Source: Macrostomum lignano
Taxonomy: Eukaryota
Assembly: GCA_002269645.1 (NCBI GenBank)
Contig: NIVC01001334.1
Location: 186,001-250,000 of the forward strand
Reading direction: 5' to 3'
DNA: 64,000 bases
Under the pieces are notes generated by a model that ran no database searches, was not told where the DNA came from, and saw only the letters and a program-made list of their open reading frames with translations. This document shows, piece after piece, positions 35,601 through 47,867 of this stretch. The translations under genes and the position numbers were made by a program. Numbering within the stretch: position 1 is the stretch's first letter; every line of letters starts with the position of its first letter.

Positions 35601-37939
35601 GGAACCATTCTGGAACCATTCTGGAACCATTCTGGAACCATTCTGGAACCATTCTGGAACCATTCTGGAACCATTCTGGAACCATTCTGGAACCATTCTG
35701 GAACCATTCTGGAACCATTCTGGAACCATTCTGGAACCATTCTGGAACCATTCTGGAACCATTCTGGAACCATTCTGGAACCATTCTGGAACCATTCTGG
35801 AACCATTCTGGAACCATTCTGGAACCATTCTGGAACCATTCTGGAACCATTCTGGAACCATTCTGGAACCATTCTGGAACCATTCTGGAACCATTCTGGA
35901 ACCATTCTGGAACCATTCTGGAACCATTCTGGAACCATTCTGGAACCATTCTGGAACCATTCTGGAACCATTCTGGAACCATTCTGGAACCATTCTGGAA
36001 CCATTCTGGAACCATTCTGGAACCATTCTGGAACCATTCTGGAACCATTCTGGAACCATTCTGGAACCATTCTGGAAACTAAATGATTTCCCTCGCCGAA
36101 ACTGCCACAGGCATCCCGGAGACCGCCTTCGCCCTGGCCATAGTGTCGGCAGGTGTCACCGCGTCCATCGCCTCAGAGTGTCGCCGGTCGCTGCGCTGCT
36201 GCCCCTGTCGGGTGACTCAAGACGACCCGGAACGCGGCCTGTCGCCGCTACGATCGGCTGCTTCCCCGGCCGCGGCCAGATACGCCGGCTGCGACCACAA
36301 CGTGCGCTTCGCCGGTGCGATAAGCCGCAAACTGCTGGACCGGCCAGAGAGCGGCCGCGATGTGCGCCACCTGGCCATGCTGCACAACTTCAACGCTGGA
36401 CGGAGGGTAAAGCCTGGGTGACTTTTTATTGGCTTAAGTAGGGAGATCCGAAACATCTGAGGGTTGAGGTTACGGTGCTTGTGCAGTGCTGACATTGTGG
36501 GGGTCGCAACTCTGACGCTGTAATTCCTATCGCAGCGCGGTGGTTGTTCCAGGGATTTATGTCTGTACTAACCATAGCCAACTCTGCTTAACTTGCAACA
36601 CAGGTGGCTATTGATTTACAGACACAGCACCACAGAATTCCAGCTGGAAGGCCACATTTGTTCAAAAAGATTTCACACGCAGCAGCTGCAGGTTCGCGCG
36701 AAAAATAATCGTCTTTCGTTGGCATCCAAGTCTCTTGAAGAGATCCACAAATTCAGCGTCTTGGTTGATTTTGTTGTCTTGCTTGCTAATGTTTTTTCCT
36801 TCGATGGGTCAACGATACCAGTTGCTATAGGTATAACTAAATCGTTAGTGGCATTGAGGGAAGGTTCAAGAGGTGCCGTGAAATTATTCATCATCATATG
36901 TTTTTCTAAATGCCACTTTATTCGGGAGTTTTCTTAAATAAACTGCTCTAATCGTGGCGATGTTTAGCGTTGCTTTGTTGACGCTAAACAGCCTATCGGG
37001 CTTCGTGGGCTTAAGCCAACCAGAGAGGCGGCTTGAGTGCTTGGCTGCGCTGACGACCTCGCGTCGCTGTCTCGGCCATCGAAGAGCTCGTCAACAGCTG
37101 GACAAGTTCGCGCCAAAGTCTTGAGGCGTTCTCTGTGACGTCGTCTTCTTTAACCAACTAGCCATAGCATATTTTGTTGGTGTGTTGCTTCAGGCCCACT
37201 TCGTAGTGCGCAAACAAATTTGATCGCCAACTTAAAATTGCAGGCGGTGGTTCGCACGATGGAAGTAAAATGCGTCTGTCACGGCACCAGCGGCAGCTGC
37301 ACGCATAACATCTGCTGGCGCGAGGTGGCCAGCTTTCAAAAAATCGGCGAATTTTTGAAGTATCAGTACAAAGAAGCTGTCAAGGTGGAGCAAGGTGAGG
37401 GACTAACGAGCGTATAATTGAATAAAGTTCACTTTTAAGGTCTCATAAAACGAACCAGAAACTGAAAATTGTTTTGTAACAAAACAGCCAGTCCGGTGAA
37501 GATCTACCTGGACCAGGATCTGCAGTCTCGCAAGTCTCGTCGAGGAGGCCGATCATCTCAGCAGCTTCGTCAGCAACGTCACAAGCGTCGCCGAGGCCAG
37601 CGACAGCGAAGACGCCGACGTCGCCGGCTGAACCTGGTGAAAGCTGGCCGCTCGCCGCAGCAGCCCGGCAGCCTTCCGCGTCGGCGGGACCTGGTCTACT
37701 ACGAATCTGTGAGCGAGGATTTCTTCTGCGAGCCCAACCACGTCTGGAGCCTGCCGGGCGTGCACCAGCGGGTGTGCAGCATTAACAATGGCAGCTGCAG
37801 CAGTATCTGCTGCTCGGGCACCTACAGGATCGAGCACTACAAGCACGTGGACAAAAAGTGCAACTGTCGATTCGTGTGGTGCTGCGACGTCAAGTGCGAG
37901 ACTTGCATCACCGATAAGCAGAGGAAAATCTGCGATTGA
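32689..37939 (+). CDS. Wnt: Wnt family secreted ligand, ~439 aa (subfamily not assignable)
   Basis: Exons 32689-32849, 35264-35523, 36111-36406, 37244-37394, 37488-37939 (1320 nt, phases 2,1,0,1). Signal peptide; motifs ECxxQxxxERWNC, ETAF..A..SAGV, HNFNAGR, KCVCHGTSGSC (lipidated Ser) and CNCRFVWCCDVKCETC. Confidence 0.96.
32952..33122. repeat. Short 29-bp tandem repeat CATCTGAGCAGTTCCCTTGAGTACTTAGT in Wnt intron 1
   Basis: Three good copies plus 2-3 decayed copies. Confidence 0.85.
33646..35166. repeat. Near-perfect 15-bp satellite (ATCGGTTTGGGACTC)~101 in Wnt intron 1
   Basis: Directly visible; only two internal variant units noticed (~34890, ~35142). Confidence 0.99.
35531..36077. repeat. 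Perfect 11-bp satellite (TTCTGGAACCA)~50 filling Wnt intron 2
   Basis: Starts ~8 nt after the GTTGGT donor (35524) and ends ~33 nt before the acceptor (36110). Confidence 0.99.
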
Positions 37940-38423
37940 CCGTCACTGATCGGTGTGCGGATTAGAGTCAAATTTTGAGTAAAAATGAACACAGCAAAAA
38001 ATTAATGAATCAGCAAAAATTTAGACAGTCACTGCGGTGCATGGCTGTATAACCTGAGATTTTCTGTGGATATACAAATTGTAAAAACATAAACTTTATG
38101 GGCTCAAACCAGCCGAAAAGACCGGTCAATTGCACCCCCGCCTTCTGTAGGCAGAACGGTCCAAATTTTTAGAAATGAATAGCTTTTTGCTTTCGTAAAC
38201 TTTTACAATTCATTTTTTGTTCGCAAGCTTCTTTTAGCGTCGTAAAAATAGGATATTCGCATTGAATTCACCTCCCACTTTGTGCACCTGCTAATTTGTC
38301 AAACCGTTACATGAATACCGCTAAGAGCTCTTTATCGGCTTGTTTTTAATTTTATTTATAAAAAATCTTTAGAATATTCTTTAGAAAACATTTAGTGTCA
38401 ACACTGGTTAAGGCAACCAAAAA

Positions 38424-38546
38424 CACTCTACAGACTCCACTCTACAGACTCCACTCTACAGACTCCACTCTACAGACTCCACTCTACAGACTCCACTCTA
38501 CAGACTCCACTGTCCAGACTCCACTCTACAGACTCCACTCTACAGA
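38424..38546. repeat. 14-bp minisatellite CACTCTACAGACTC (~9 copies)
   Basis: Directly visible. Confidence 0.95.
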
Positions 38547-38721
38547 CTTCGCTCTACCTAGCCTTGAGAGCAGTGACCTCCTTTGTAGGGTAGTGTCGTC
38601 GAACGTGTCAGTCGCAGTACATATGAGAGCGCACTGTAGGAGCGATATGCTCTGCTGCTTGAGCAGGCCCAGCTCAATCATATAGACCCCGAATCGTGGA
38701 AGACCGGAGTTGGTGTGGATG

Positions 38722-39072
38722 TCGGGGAGCATGTTGGTGGAGCATGTCGGTGGAGCATGTCGGTGGAGCATGTCGGTGGAGCATGTTGGTGGAGCATGTC
38801 GGTGGAGCATGTCGGTGGAGCATGTCGGTGGAGCATGTCGGTGGAGCATGTTAATGGAGCATGTCGGTGGAGCATGTCGGTGGAGCATGTCGGTGGAGCA
38901 TGTCGGTGGAGCATGTCGGTGGAGCATGTCGGTGGAGCATGTTGGTGGAGCATGTCGGTGGAGCATGTCGGTGGAGCATGTCGGGGAGCATGTGGGTGGA
39001 GCATGTCGGTGGAGCATATCGGTGGAGCATGTCGGTGGAGCATGTCGGTGGAGCATGTCGAGGGAGCATGTT
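38722..39072. repeat. 13-bp minisatellite GGTGGAGCATGTC (~27 copies)
   Basis: Directly visible. Confidence 0.96.
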
Positions 39073-39928
39073 GGAGCCAGAATGGCCAAGCAAACAAAAC
39101 AAGCAAAAAAAGAGGAAAGGGGAAGTACGAGTAAATCCTTTCTAAGCTGGGCTGGGACAGTATTGATCTTTGCACATCCACTCGTGGGGAGAGTCAGACT
39201 AAGAGTGAGAGAGACAGTGGTCGCTTTCACAAGACCGAAATTTCACATGGTAGAAAACTTAATACACATGTAACAAGGACCATGCAGAACTTTCGGCGTT
39301 GTGAAATTCTATGAAGTTCCCTATGAAGCCCCCCCCTAGAGGGAGGGTTAGAATTGTCAGATGGCCCACAGCCGCAGGGCCCTTGTGCCCTTGTCAATGC
39401 GATACTGTAACGCTATCTGACTTAGTCAAAAGTTCAAAATCTAACTTGTTCAGCAAATGGCACCAGAAACCATAAACCTTGCAGTCAAATACTTTGAATT
39501 ATTAGCAACTGAATTTAAACTTTGAATCAATTTGTTCGATTTTAAGGCCACGAGTCACGATTTTTATAAGAACTCAAGTATTCGGAATTCCATGGGTATT
39601 ACTCCTCCGAAATGGGGTACTACTCAGAGGCTTGATACCCCAACTCGGGTACCGATCAACAGTGAAAAAACAGTGGTCTGACTGCATTTGTTGTGGCGAA
39701 GTCACAGTAAAACAAGAGAATTTCCCGATGCTTACAGAAAGATAGATACTTTAAACCAACTTGAGTTTTTTGCTTCCTGTCTTTAAAAGGCCCAGAGTTT
39801 AGGTAGTAAGAACGGCAGAAATCGATAACTTGGTTCTGCAGTCAAAGAAAAACAGATCTCATTCAACTACGGGAACATGCTTGCTTGAGTTGAGTTTGCT
39901 TGAAATTTTCGGTGGAAGTTCAGCGGAT

Positions 39929-41409
39929 TCACACTTGCACCATCAGCTGGATGCTTTTCAGAGCGGCATAGGTGCCACCAGTGGCGTATTTCCACATCAT
40001 CTTCTTGAGCGAATCAGCGATGGCGGAGGTCTCGTAGACGCCGCTCGGGTTGCAGTAGGCGCAGCTCGAGTACCACCAGCCGCCGTTACCGCAGTGAGCC
40101 ACGGAGCAGCTGGAGCCGGACCTGCCATCGTTGTCCCGGTCCATAGTGGAGAACTGGCTGCCTTTGTGGTAGGCCAGAGCGTCTCCCGTCATGTTGGAGC
40201 TGGCGGTCAGGTACGAGGTGTAAGTCATGGTGTAGTTGGTGCTGGCATCGCCTACGGTGAAGCCGGAGTACTCGGCGATGAAGAGTTCGTCAGCCCAGGT
40301 GACGGCCTCCACCCGCAGCACTCTCGGCGTGCTGCCCGTCAGCTCGTTGATGGTGCGAAGGCCTGAAATTATGATCCACGTGGTTGCACACTGGTTTCTT
40401 CTACCGATGCCACCATGGCACTGTCTGAGCTGACTCACCGATCCAAAAGTCGACGTCATCCCCGAACCCGTGCTCGTAGTTAGTCCAGTTCTGAGCAAAG
40501 CTAAGCGCTCCCTTCGATCGGTGCTGGATGATGCGAAACGTACGGTCAGCGATGGTCACGTAGCCTGAAATTGTTACGCATGAACGGGCATATGAGGTCA
40601 GCAGTTCTAAAAAATCGAAATATTTGATCGCACTTCAATCGTTTCAATAACTTACTTGCATTGCGAGACCAACTACTACCAGCACTGCCGCTACTACTGG
40701 CAGTAGTTAGCCTGCGAAGCACGGAGCTTTGCGAAGCTTTTTCGGAAAAGTCGGCGCCTTTCTCGGCGGACATCAGACAGAGCTCCGACTGCGGCAGAAA
40801 GGCGGACGCTGAGCAGGCGGCGGGCCCGGCGGCCGAGCACTTGACTGCGCACTCGATGTCGCTGCGAGCCCATGAGGACACTGCAGCGGCCGGAACAGAC
40901 GGGGCCACCGACTCGGTGGAAAACTCTGAGTAGATTTTGCAGGGCGAGTCGATTTTGTAGTACGAGTATTATGAGTAATGCGACGTCACCATTGAGAACA
41001 ATAAGTGATTGCCATCGATTGTCATACTGGCAACCCCCCCCCCTAGCCTGGAGGCGCATCATGTGACGCTGCTCAGGATCCTGTTTTATATGACCTATAA
41101 ACTGTTGTTTGCTGCTGTTGTGTGTTTCGTCGGTAGCGCTCCGCTCAGGCGATCCACTGCGGGTGAGCCGCCTGAGGAAGCTTATCACCATCGCCTTCTT
41201 TCCCAGATCCGCCACTGATTTCATCCCAAGACGCTTCGGAGGCCGTCAAAGCGCGAACAATTCCCCCAGTGTGTGCTGATGTGTCTTCTAAAGCCTCTGA
41301 TAACTCTCGGGGCTCATTTATTCTTATATCGCTACTACCAATTCTTACCTGTCGCAGTCGCAGCTGCTGTTGCATAGAAGCAGAGAGAAATTATTATCTT
41401 AATTAACAT
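39929..41409 (-). CDS. Secreted PAN/apple + fibrinogen C-terminal domain protein (FReD lectin-like), ~296 aa
   Basis: Exons 41409-41349 (signal peptide MLIKIIISLCFYATAAATAT), 40925-40656 (SDIECAVKC...C...C PAN), 40564-40439 (RIIQHR..F.QNWTNYEHGFG..DFWIG), 40362-39929 (LRVE, FSTMDRDND, GGWWY..C); 891 nt, all junctions phase 1. Confidence 0.9.
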
Positions 41410-42321
41410 GCTTTTTTGACTTGAACAATGACTACTGTCTGATCGGCACTGGTTTGAAGTAAGATTATTTCTGTTGATTATTGTTCTTTCCTGCTTTGCA
41501 CTTTGCAGAATTGTTGCAGAATTATGGAAGGTTGCAGAATTTAAATAGGTTGCCACGGGCTACAGTGAAGCGGAAAGGAATTTTGAGGAGCATTGGACCA
41601 ACCAGCGGGAGGCATCGGTAAGGCTGTTTTCTGGAAGGGAGGGGGCGAGAAGAAGCGAGCGATGTGGGAGAGAGGATATGCTGTGTGGTCACTGAAGGAT
41701 TCTGTAGAGCAGACGCTGAATGAGAAGAGGTACTTTGCGGGCCTGCTATAAGAGGTTAGTGGTAGGTTTTTTTGCGGAAATTTTTCTTCGGAAGTCTTTA
41801 AATAATTGATGCAGTCATGCGGCCTTTGTTTGAATGGCAAGAGACTGGAGCTTTCGCCTGGGCCAGTTGGTCCTTCTCGGCACCCATTCTTTACTGAAGC
41901 TGTCACTTTACAATCACGCAAGCCAAGCCTGACATTGATTTGTACAAGGCTTTCAGCTTGCGCAGAATTAAATTCCCAACATTCAGTAAATCCTTTTGTC
42001 AAATCTAAGCACAAAAATTCTTACAATTGCTGAGAAAGTTGCAGAGTCCTCACTAAACGAAAGGAAATTTGTTTTTTGGGTTTTCTGCCAGTCAACTCGA
42101 CAAATTTTCAGGACGTTCTACAGGTGCTCCGAAGCTACCTGTAAGAAGATTTGAACTAAGCACGGGCAAAAAGTGGGTCTACGTTATTGGCTGCCGAGAC
42201 TAACCCAAACCTTTATAACCTTATCTCTAACCTTAACTTTAACCCTAATTCTACAGCAAGATTTGAAGCAGAAAAACATTTGCCAATCATCGAGGCTGGC
42301 ATGAATTTTTCAAAAACAATA

Positions 42322-44482
42322 ATCTTCACAATTATGGGTCTTCACAAGCATGAATATTCACAAGCATGAATCTTCACAAGCGTGAATCTTCACATCATGT
42401 ATCTTCACAATCATGAATCTTCACAAGCATGAATCTTCACAATCATGAATATTCTCAAGCATGAATCTTCACAAGCATGAATCTTCACAAGCATGAATAT
42501 TCACAAGCATGAATCTTCACAAGCGTGAATCTTCACATCATGTATCTTCACAATCATGAATCTTCACAAGCATGAATCTTCACAATCATGAATATTCTCA
42601 AGCATGAATCTTCACAAGCATGAATCTTCACAAGCATGAATCTTCACAATTATGGATCTTCACAAGCATGAATCTTCACAAGCATGAATCTTCACAAGCA
42701 TGAATCTTCACAATTATGGATCTTCACAAGCATGAATATTCACAAGCATGAATCTTCACAAGCATGAATCTTCACAAGCATGAATCTTCACAATCATGAA
42801 TCTTCTCAAGCATGAATCTTCACAATCATGAATATTCTAAAGCATGATCGTAATCTTCATATCATGAATCTTCACAGGCATAAATCTTCACAATCATGAA
42901 TCTTCACAAGCACGAATCTTCACAAGCATGAATCTTCACAATCATGAATATTCTCAAGCATGAATCTTCACAAGCATGAATCTTCACAAGCATGAATCTT
43001 CACAAGCATGAATCTTCACAATCATTAATCTTTTCGAACATGAATCTTCACAAGCATTATTCTTCACAATCATGAATCTTCACAATCATGAGAATATTCT
43101 CAAGCATGAATCTTCACAAGCATGATTCTTCACAAGCATGAATCTTCACAAGCATGAATCTTCACAAGCATGAATCTTCACAAGCATGATTCTTCACAAG
43201 CATGAATCTTCACAAGCATGAATCTTCACAAGCATGAATCTTCACAATCATTAATCTTTTCGAACATGAATCTTCACAAGCATTATTCTTCACAATCATG
43301 AATCTTCACAATCATGAGAATATTCTCAAGCATGAATCTTCACAAGCATGATTCTTCACAAGCATGAATCTTCACAATCATTAATCTTTTCGAACATGAA
43401 TCTTCACAAGCATTATTCTTCACAATCATGAATCTTCACAATCATGAGAATATTCTCAAGCATGAATCTTCACAAGCATGATTCTTCACAAGCATGAATA
43501 TTCACAAGCATGAATCTTCACAAGCATGATTCTTCACAAGCATGAATCTTCACAATCATGAATCTTCACAATCATGAATATTCTCAAGCATGAATCTTCA
43601 CAAGCATGAATCTTCACAATCATGAATATTCTCAAGCATGAATCTTCACAAGCATGAATCTTCACAATCATGAATCTTCTCAAGCATGAATCTTCACAAG
43701 CATGAATCTTCACAATCATGAATATTCTCAAGCATGAATCTTCACAAGCATGAATCTTCACAATCATGAATCTTCTCAAGCATGAATCTTCACAAGCATG
43801 AATCTTCACATCATGAATATTCTCAAGCATGAATCTTCACATCATGAATGTTCTCAAGCATGAATCTTCACATCATGAATGTTCTCAAGCATGAATCTTC
43901 ACATCATGAATATTCTCAAGCATGAATCTTCACATCATGAATGTTCTCAAGCATGAATCTTCACATCATGAATGTTCTCAAGCATGAATCTTCACATCAT
44001 GAATGTTCTCAAGCATGAATCTTCACATCATGAATGTTCTCAAGCATGAATCTTCACATCATGAATGTTCTCAAGCATGATTCTTCACAAGCATGATTCT
44101 TCACAAGCATGAATCTTCACATCATGAATCTTCACATCATGAATCTTCACATCATGAATGTTCATAAGCATGATTCTTCACAAGCATGAATCTTCACATC
44201 ATGAATCTTCACATCATGAATCTTCACATCATGAATGTTCATAAGCATGAATCTTCACAATCATGAATGTTCTCAAGCATGATTCTTCACAAGCATGATT
44301 CTTCACAAGCATGAATCTTCACATCATGAATCTTCACAATATTGATTCTTCACATCATGTATCTTCACAATCATGAATATTCTCAAGCATGATTCTTCAC
44401 AAGCATGAATCTTCACATCATGAATGTTCACAAGCATGAATCTTCACATCATGAATGTTCACATCATGAATGTTCATAAGCA
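42322..44482. repeat. 16-bp satellite CATGAATCTTCACAAG (~135 copies) with higher-order blocks
   Basis: Directly visible; variant units recur in fixed order. Confidence 0.98.
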
Positions 44483-45104
44483 AGGATTTGTGACGGCAAG
44501 ACTAAAAGCATTTGCCTATTGGTAATACAGTATATGCCATTACAATGCACGTGGCTAACCAATACGAAGCTATCCAGAAATGCAAATAAAGCAACACAAT
44601 GCAAAGCATAATTCTCACAGTCGGCATACATGCATTTTACATGTGACTTGTTCTAGTAATTGCGTGATACACCTAGGCAGGCATTCACACATTGCAGACT
44701 ACTAAAGTTTCTGCAAATATTTATTTTCAGAACCGAGCCAGCTAGGCAGGAAGTTTCACGTTTAGCGACAGCACACAAAGTCAGTTTTTTATTTTTTAAC
44801 ATGCAGACAGCACCAGGAAATGGAAATGCAGACGCTATGCAAAAAGCCCATTAAATTTATTTACGAGTGCGACGTGTCAAGGACGTATAAAGTAGAACTA
44901 GAGTTCTCCAGTGAAAATATCATAGATAGGAAGCTTTCAGTCAAGTACTACTAAGAGTAGGAGGATCATTAGGCAAATAAAATTCATAGAAATTTATTTA
45001 AATGCCTAATTTCGTTTCATACAATAAATATTGATGTAGGCACGTCCTTGGCCCCCATTAATTTTTGCGCACCCTCCCTTTCTTCCCTGTGATTCTTGCG
45101 CCCC

Positions 45105-45480
45105 CCGTGATGACTCATTGGGATGAGTAATCACGTTTACTCATGCTTATCGACCACTCCACTCCCCCCGCGCAACATGTCAAAATTAAACCCACCTTGT
45201 TTCTTATTTTAGAAATCATTCATGCGTGTGACAGTTTTATGACCCCCTATCCCCCCAAGCTTTTCCTGTCTGTGACGTACTCTCCCATCATAAATCATTT
45301 TTCTCCGCTGCGCCCCACCCCAATTTCTCGTCATATCACAGCGCGGCTGGCGGGTGACGTCATCAGGGTTGCTTGGTAACGGAGGTCAAGGAGAAGTCAT
45401 GGCCTTTTTTATGTAATAATCACGCATCACGCTCAAGTGATCGCGTGACGCGTGATCTAAAGGCTATAAATAAGAGCCCG
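45105..45480 (+). promoter_or_regulatory. Putative compact Pol II promoter (AP-1, CRE, TATA)
   Basis: TGACTCA 45111-45117, TGACGTCA 45355-45362, TATAAATA 45465-45472, followed by a pyrimidine-rich leader. Motif presence only. Confidence 0.35.
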
Positions 45481-46738
45481 TTTTGAGCCCTGAGCGGCAA
45501 ACTCTCTCCCACTCTCGTTTTACCACCCGCTCCCCCCACCTTACACTTTTTAAGCGTTCGTTGCTCTTCCTCTCTCAACTCTAGAGGCGACCACACGACT
45601 TGATTTTAACCTCCCGGACTGATCGTCCGTGACTTCAGCCTCTGGACAGCCTCTACATAGCCTCTATCGTCAGCCCGGTCTCCCCCCATTGCTCACCATC
45701 TCCTAATCCTTCAATCTTAACCTTAGGGTAAAGTTTAGGGCCAGTAATTCGGGGCATAAGATATATTCAACTCGTTTGCTTCTGTCTGTTTACTTATTTA
45801 CATGTACATGTACCATGAGCGTGGTATGAAATGTGTGTAAGATGAGTGCGCCTGTCGCAGGGCATGGAATAGAGACTGAGGATCAGAGTGGAAGACCACC
45901 AAGTATGAGCCGGATTCAACCAAATAATTATAGCCGTAACTATACTTCTAAATAATTACACTTTTGTATGCCTCGCTTAAATTCCCTTAACCAGCCATTT
46001 CTAGCTACATGTAGTACAGTTAGTTGAATTGGGGTCCAAGAACGTTCGTCTGCTAAAGACCGGGAGTCCTGTCTCGCTGGTGGGAGTTTCAACTGGATGT
46101 ACTCCTGCACACAGGTGACTGGTTGGAAGCCGCGCCTCTGGCGTGTACCTACAAACAACCCCGCGGGCCCGCAGTCTACTAGATAATGGGATCTTGACCG
46201 CAACGTCAGCTACCGCATCATCCAGAGGCGGACAAAGTCTATGGGACGAGGCCTGGTGGCTGTACCATTCAGCGCCGGAACCCAGGGGTTGCACAGGCGT
46301 TTTTCCTGCAGCCGGGGGTTGCGTGAATAATACATTAAAACGAGGTGGGAATTTTCCGGCTTTTCAGCATTTTTAAAATCTTTTCTCTTAAACTTTCCGA
46401 AGATAATCTGAAGCTCTACAGGTAAGTTTGATCCAAATGTGCAGATTATCTCAAATTTATCGAATTTGCAGGAATATATGCATGTACAAAAATTATTGGA
46501 AATACTTTTAGAAGCGAAAAATCAAAGAAGTAAAAACCAAAGGCAAAGAATATGCAGAATTTTTTTCTATCTTGATAAAATAGGAAGATGCGAGTATTAG
46601 GAAGAAATTTCTAAGGTGATTTTTTCATATAACTTTGGCCAATCGGCTTTTACCGACGTTAAAACCCGACATTAAAATGTACGTAGCTAAATGTACATGT
46701 GCACAAGACTAAGCAAATGGCATGATTCTGCATACACT

Positions 46739-47117
46739 CAGGGGCGTCGCCATGGATTTTATATGGTGGGGGGACTAAAGCCGAGAATTCTACATGCACA
46801 TGACTAAATTCCTACATTAACATATTTCCGAATCAGTGTTGTCATCGATCATTTTGACGCCGCAGCAGGCACTCATTTTAGCGCCACAGGCACTCATTTA
46901 AGCGCCTCAGGTGCTCGTTTTAGCGCCGCAGGCACTCACTTTGGTGCTGCGCACAAGCGCTTTGTTTTGTCGCCCTGAAGCAAAATTATTGATTTCCATA
47001 ACGGCCGTGTGCAGGGGACAAAGCATTGACAGTCCCCCTGGCCCCCATAGCTTTTACTGGGGGGGGGGGATGGGACATGTCCCCCCCCCTGTCTTGTCCC
47101 CCGGTGGCGACGCCCTG
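46739..47117. mobile_element. MITE with TIRs CAGGGGCGTCGCCA / TGGCGACGCCCTG
   Basis: Inverted termini, internal GCACTCATTTAGCGCC subrepeats and a G-run/C-run hairpin; no clean TSD. Confidence 0.7.
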
Positions 47118-47867
47118 GACTCACTCAACCCTCCACCCCTTTTTGGTCAGCCACCCCATTTCGCTGTCATCCAGTGCAGCCACACCCCGGCCACTCCCCA
47201 CCATGAACATTGTGTAAACGTCGGTAAGGATGAGAAGCGTAATGTCCCTCTTTCTCTATACGGAGAACAATGCTTATAAAAATGACACTTGACAACGAAA
47301 GCGGGTACGTACGTTCGGATCCTTTAATTTTGTGCCTGTACATGTACATATGCGTGCAGTAATGGCAACGCAGTTTGAACAAACAAGAAATAATGTTTTA
47401 ATTGGTGACCAGTCAAAAATGAACAGCCAAAGCCATTGTTAAAAAGCTTATAGTGCCTGAAGTTTAGTGCCTGTTTCCAAAAATGTGATGACACGTACAA
47501 TTCAAATTCAAAGTTTGTACTAGAAAATATTATTGTGGTAGGCGAGGCCTCCCACTTCTCTCCACCGCGTGCAAGACTTTTCCCCACCGAGTGTTTGTTT
47601 TCTCCTGCGGTGAATTCTGCGTCACTCTGACGTCATTTTTTTCCCAGGCGATGTAACTTCCTTCCCACTCCCCGTAATTTTGTTTTGCTACGTTGTTTTG
47701 CGTTAGGGTCCACCCGGTGTTAATCATCACCACCCGGTGTATCCTCCCCTGTTCCACCCGGTGCTCCTCCTGTCCTACCCGGGGTAACCCTTTTTCTCCC
47801 GGTGGTTCATGAGAGCCCATTTAAGAGTCTGCGCCCGTCTTTCCCAACCAGACTCTCGTGGGTTTGC

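Noticed and set aside
35336-36086. ORFs fusing Wnt exon 2 with (WNHSGTILEPF)n
   Set aside because: Read-through of the GTTGGT donor at 35524 into an 11-bp intronic satellite
36560-36900. Protein-like minus-strand segment in Wnt intron 3
   Set aside because: Interrupted by stops; I cannot assign it to a family
38395-39273. His/Cys-rich repetitive ORFs (MLHRHAPPTCSTD)n
   Set aside because: Translations of 13- and 14-bp minisatellites
41541-42014. 157-aa ORF starting LDLTKGF, reminiscent of a gypsy reverse transcriptase motif
   Set aside because: None of the following RT motifs (TAF, MPFGL, YxDD) is present
43534-43830. ORF (KIHACEDSCL)n
   Set aside because: 16-bp satellite translation
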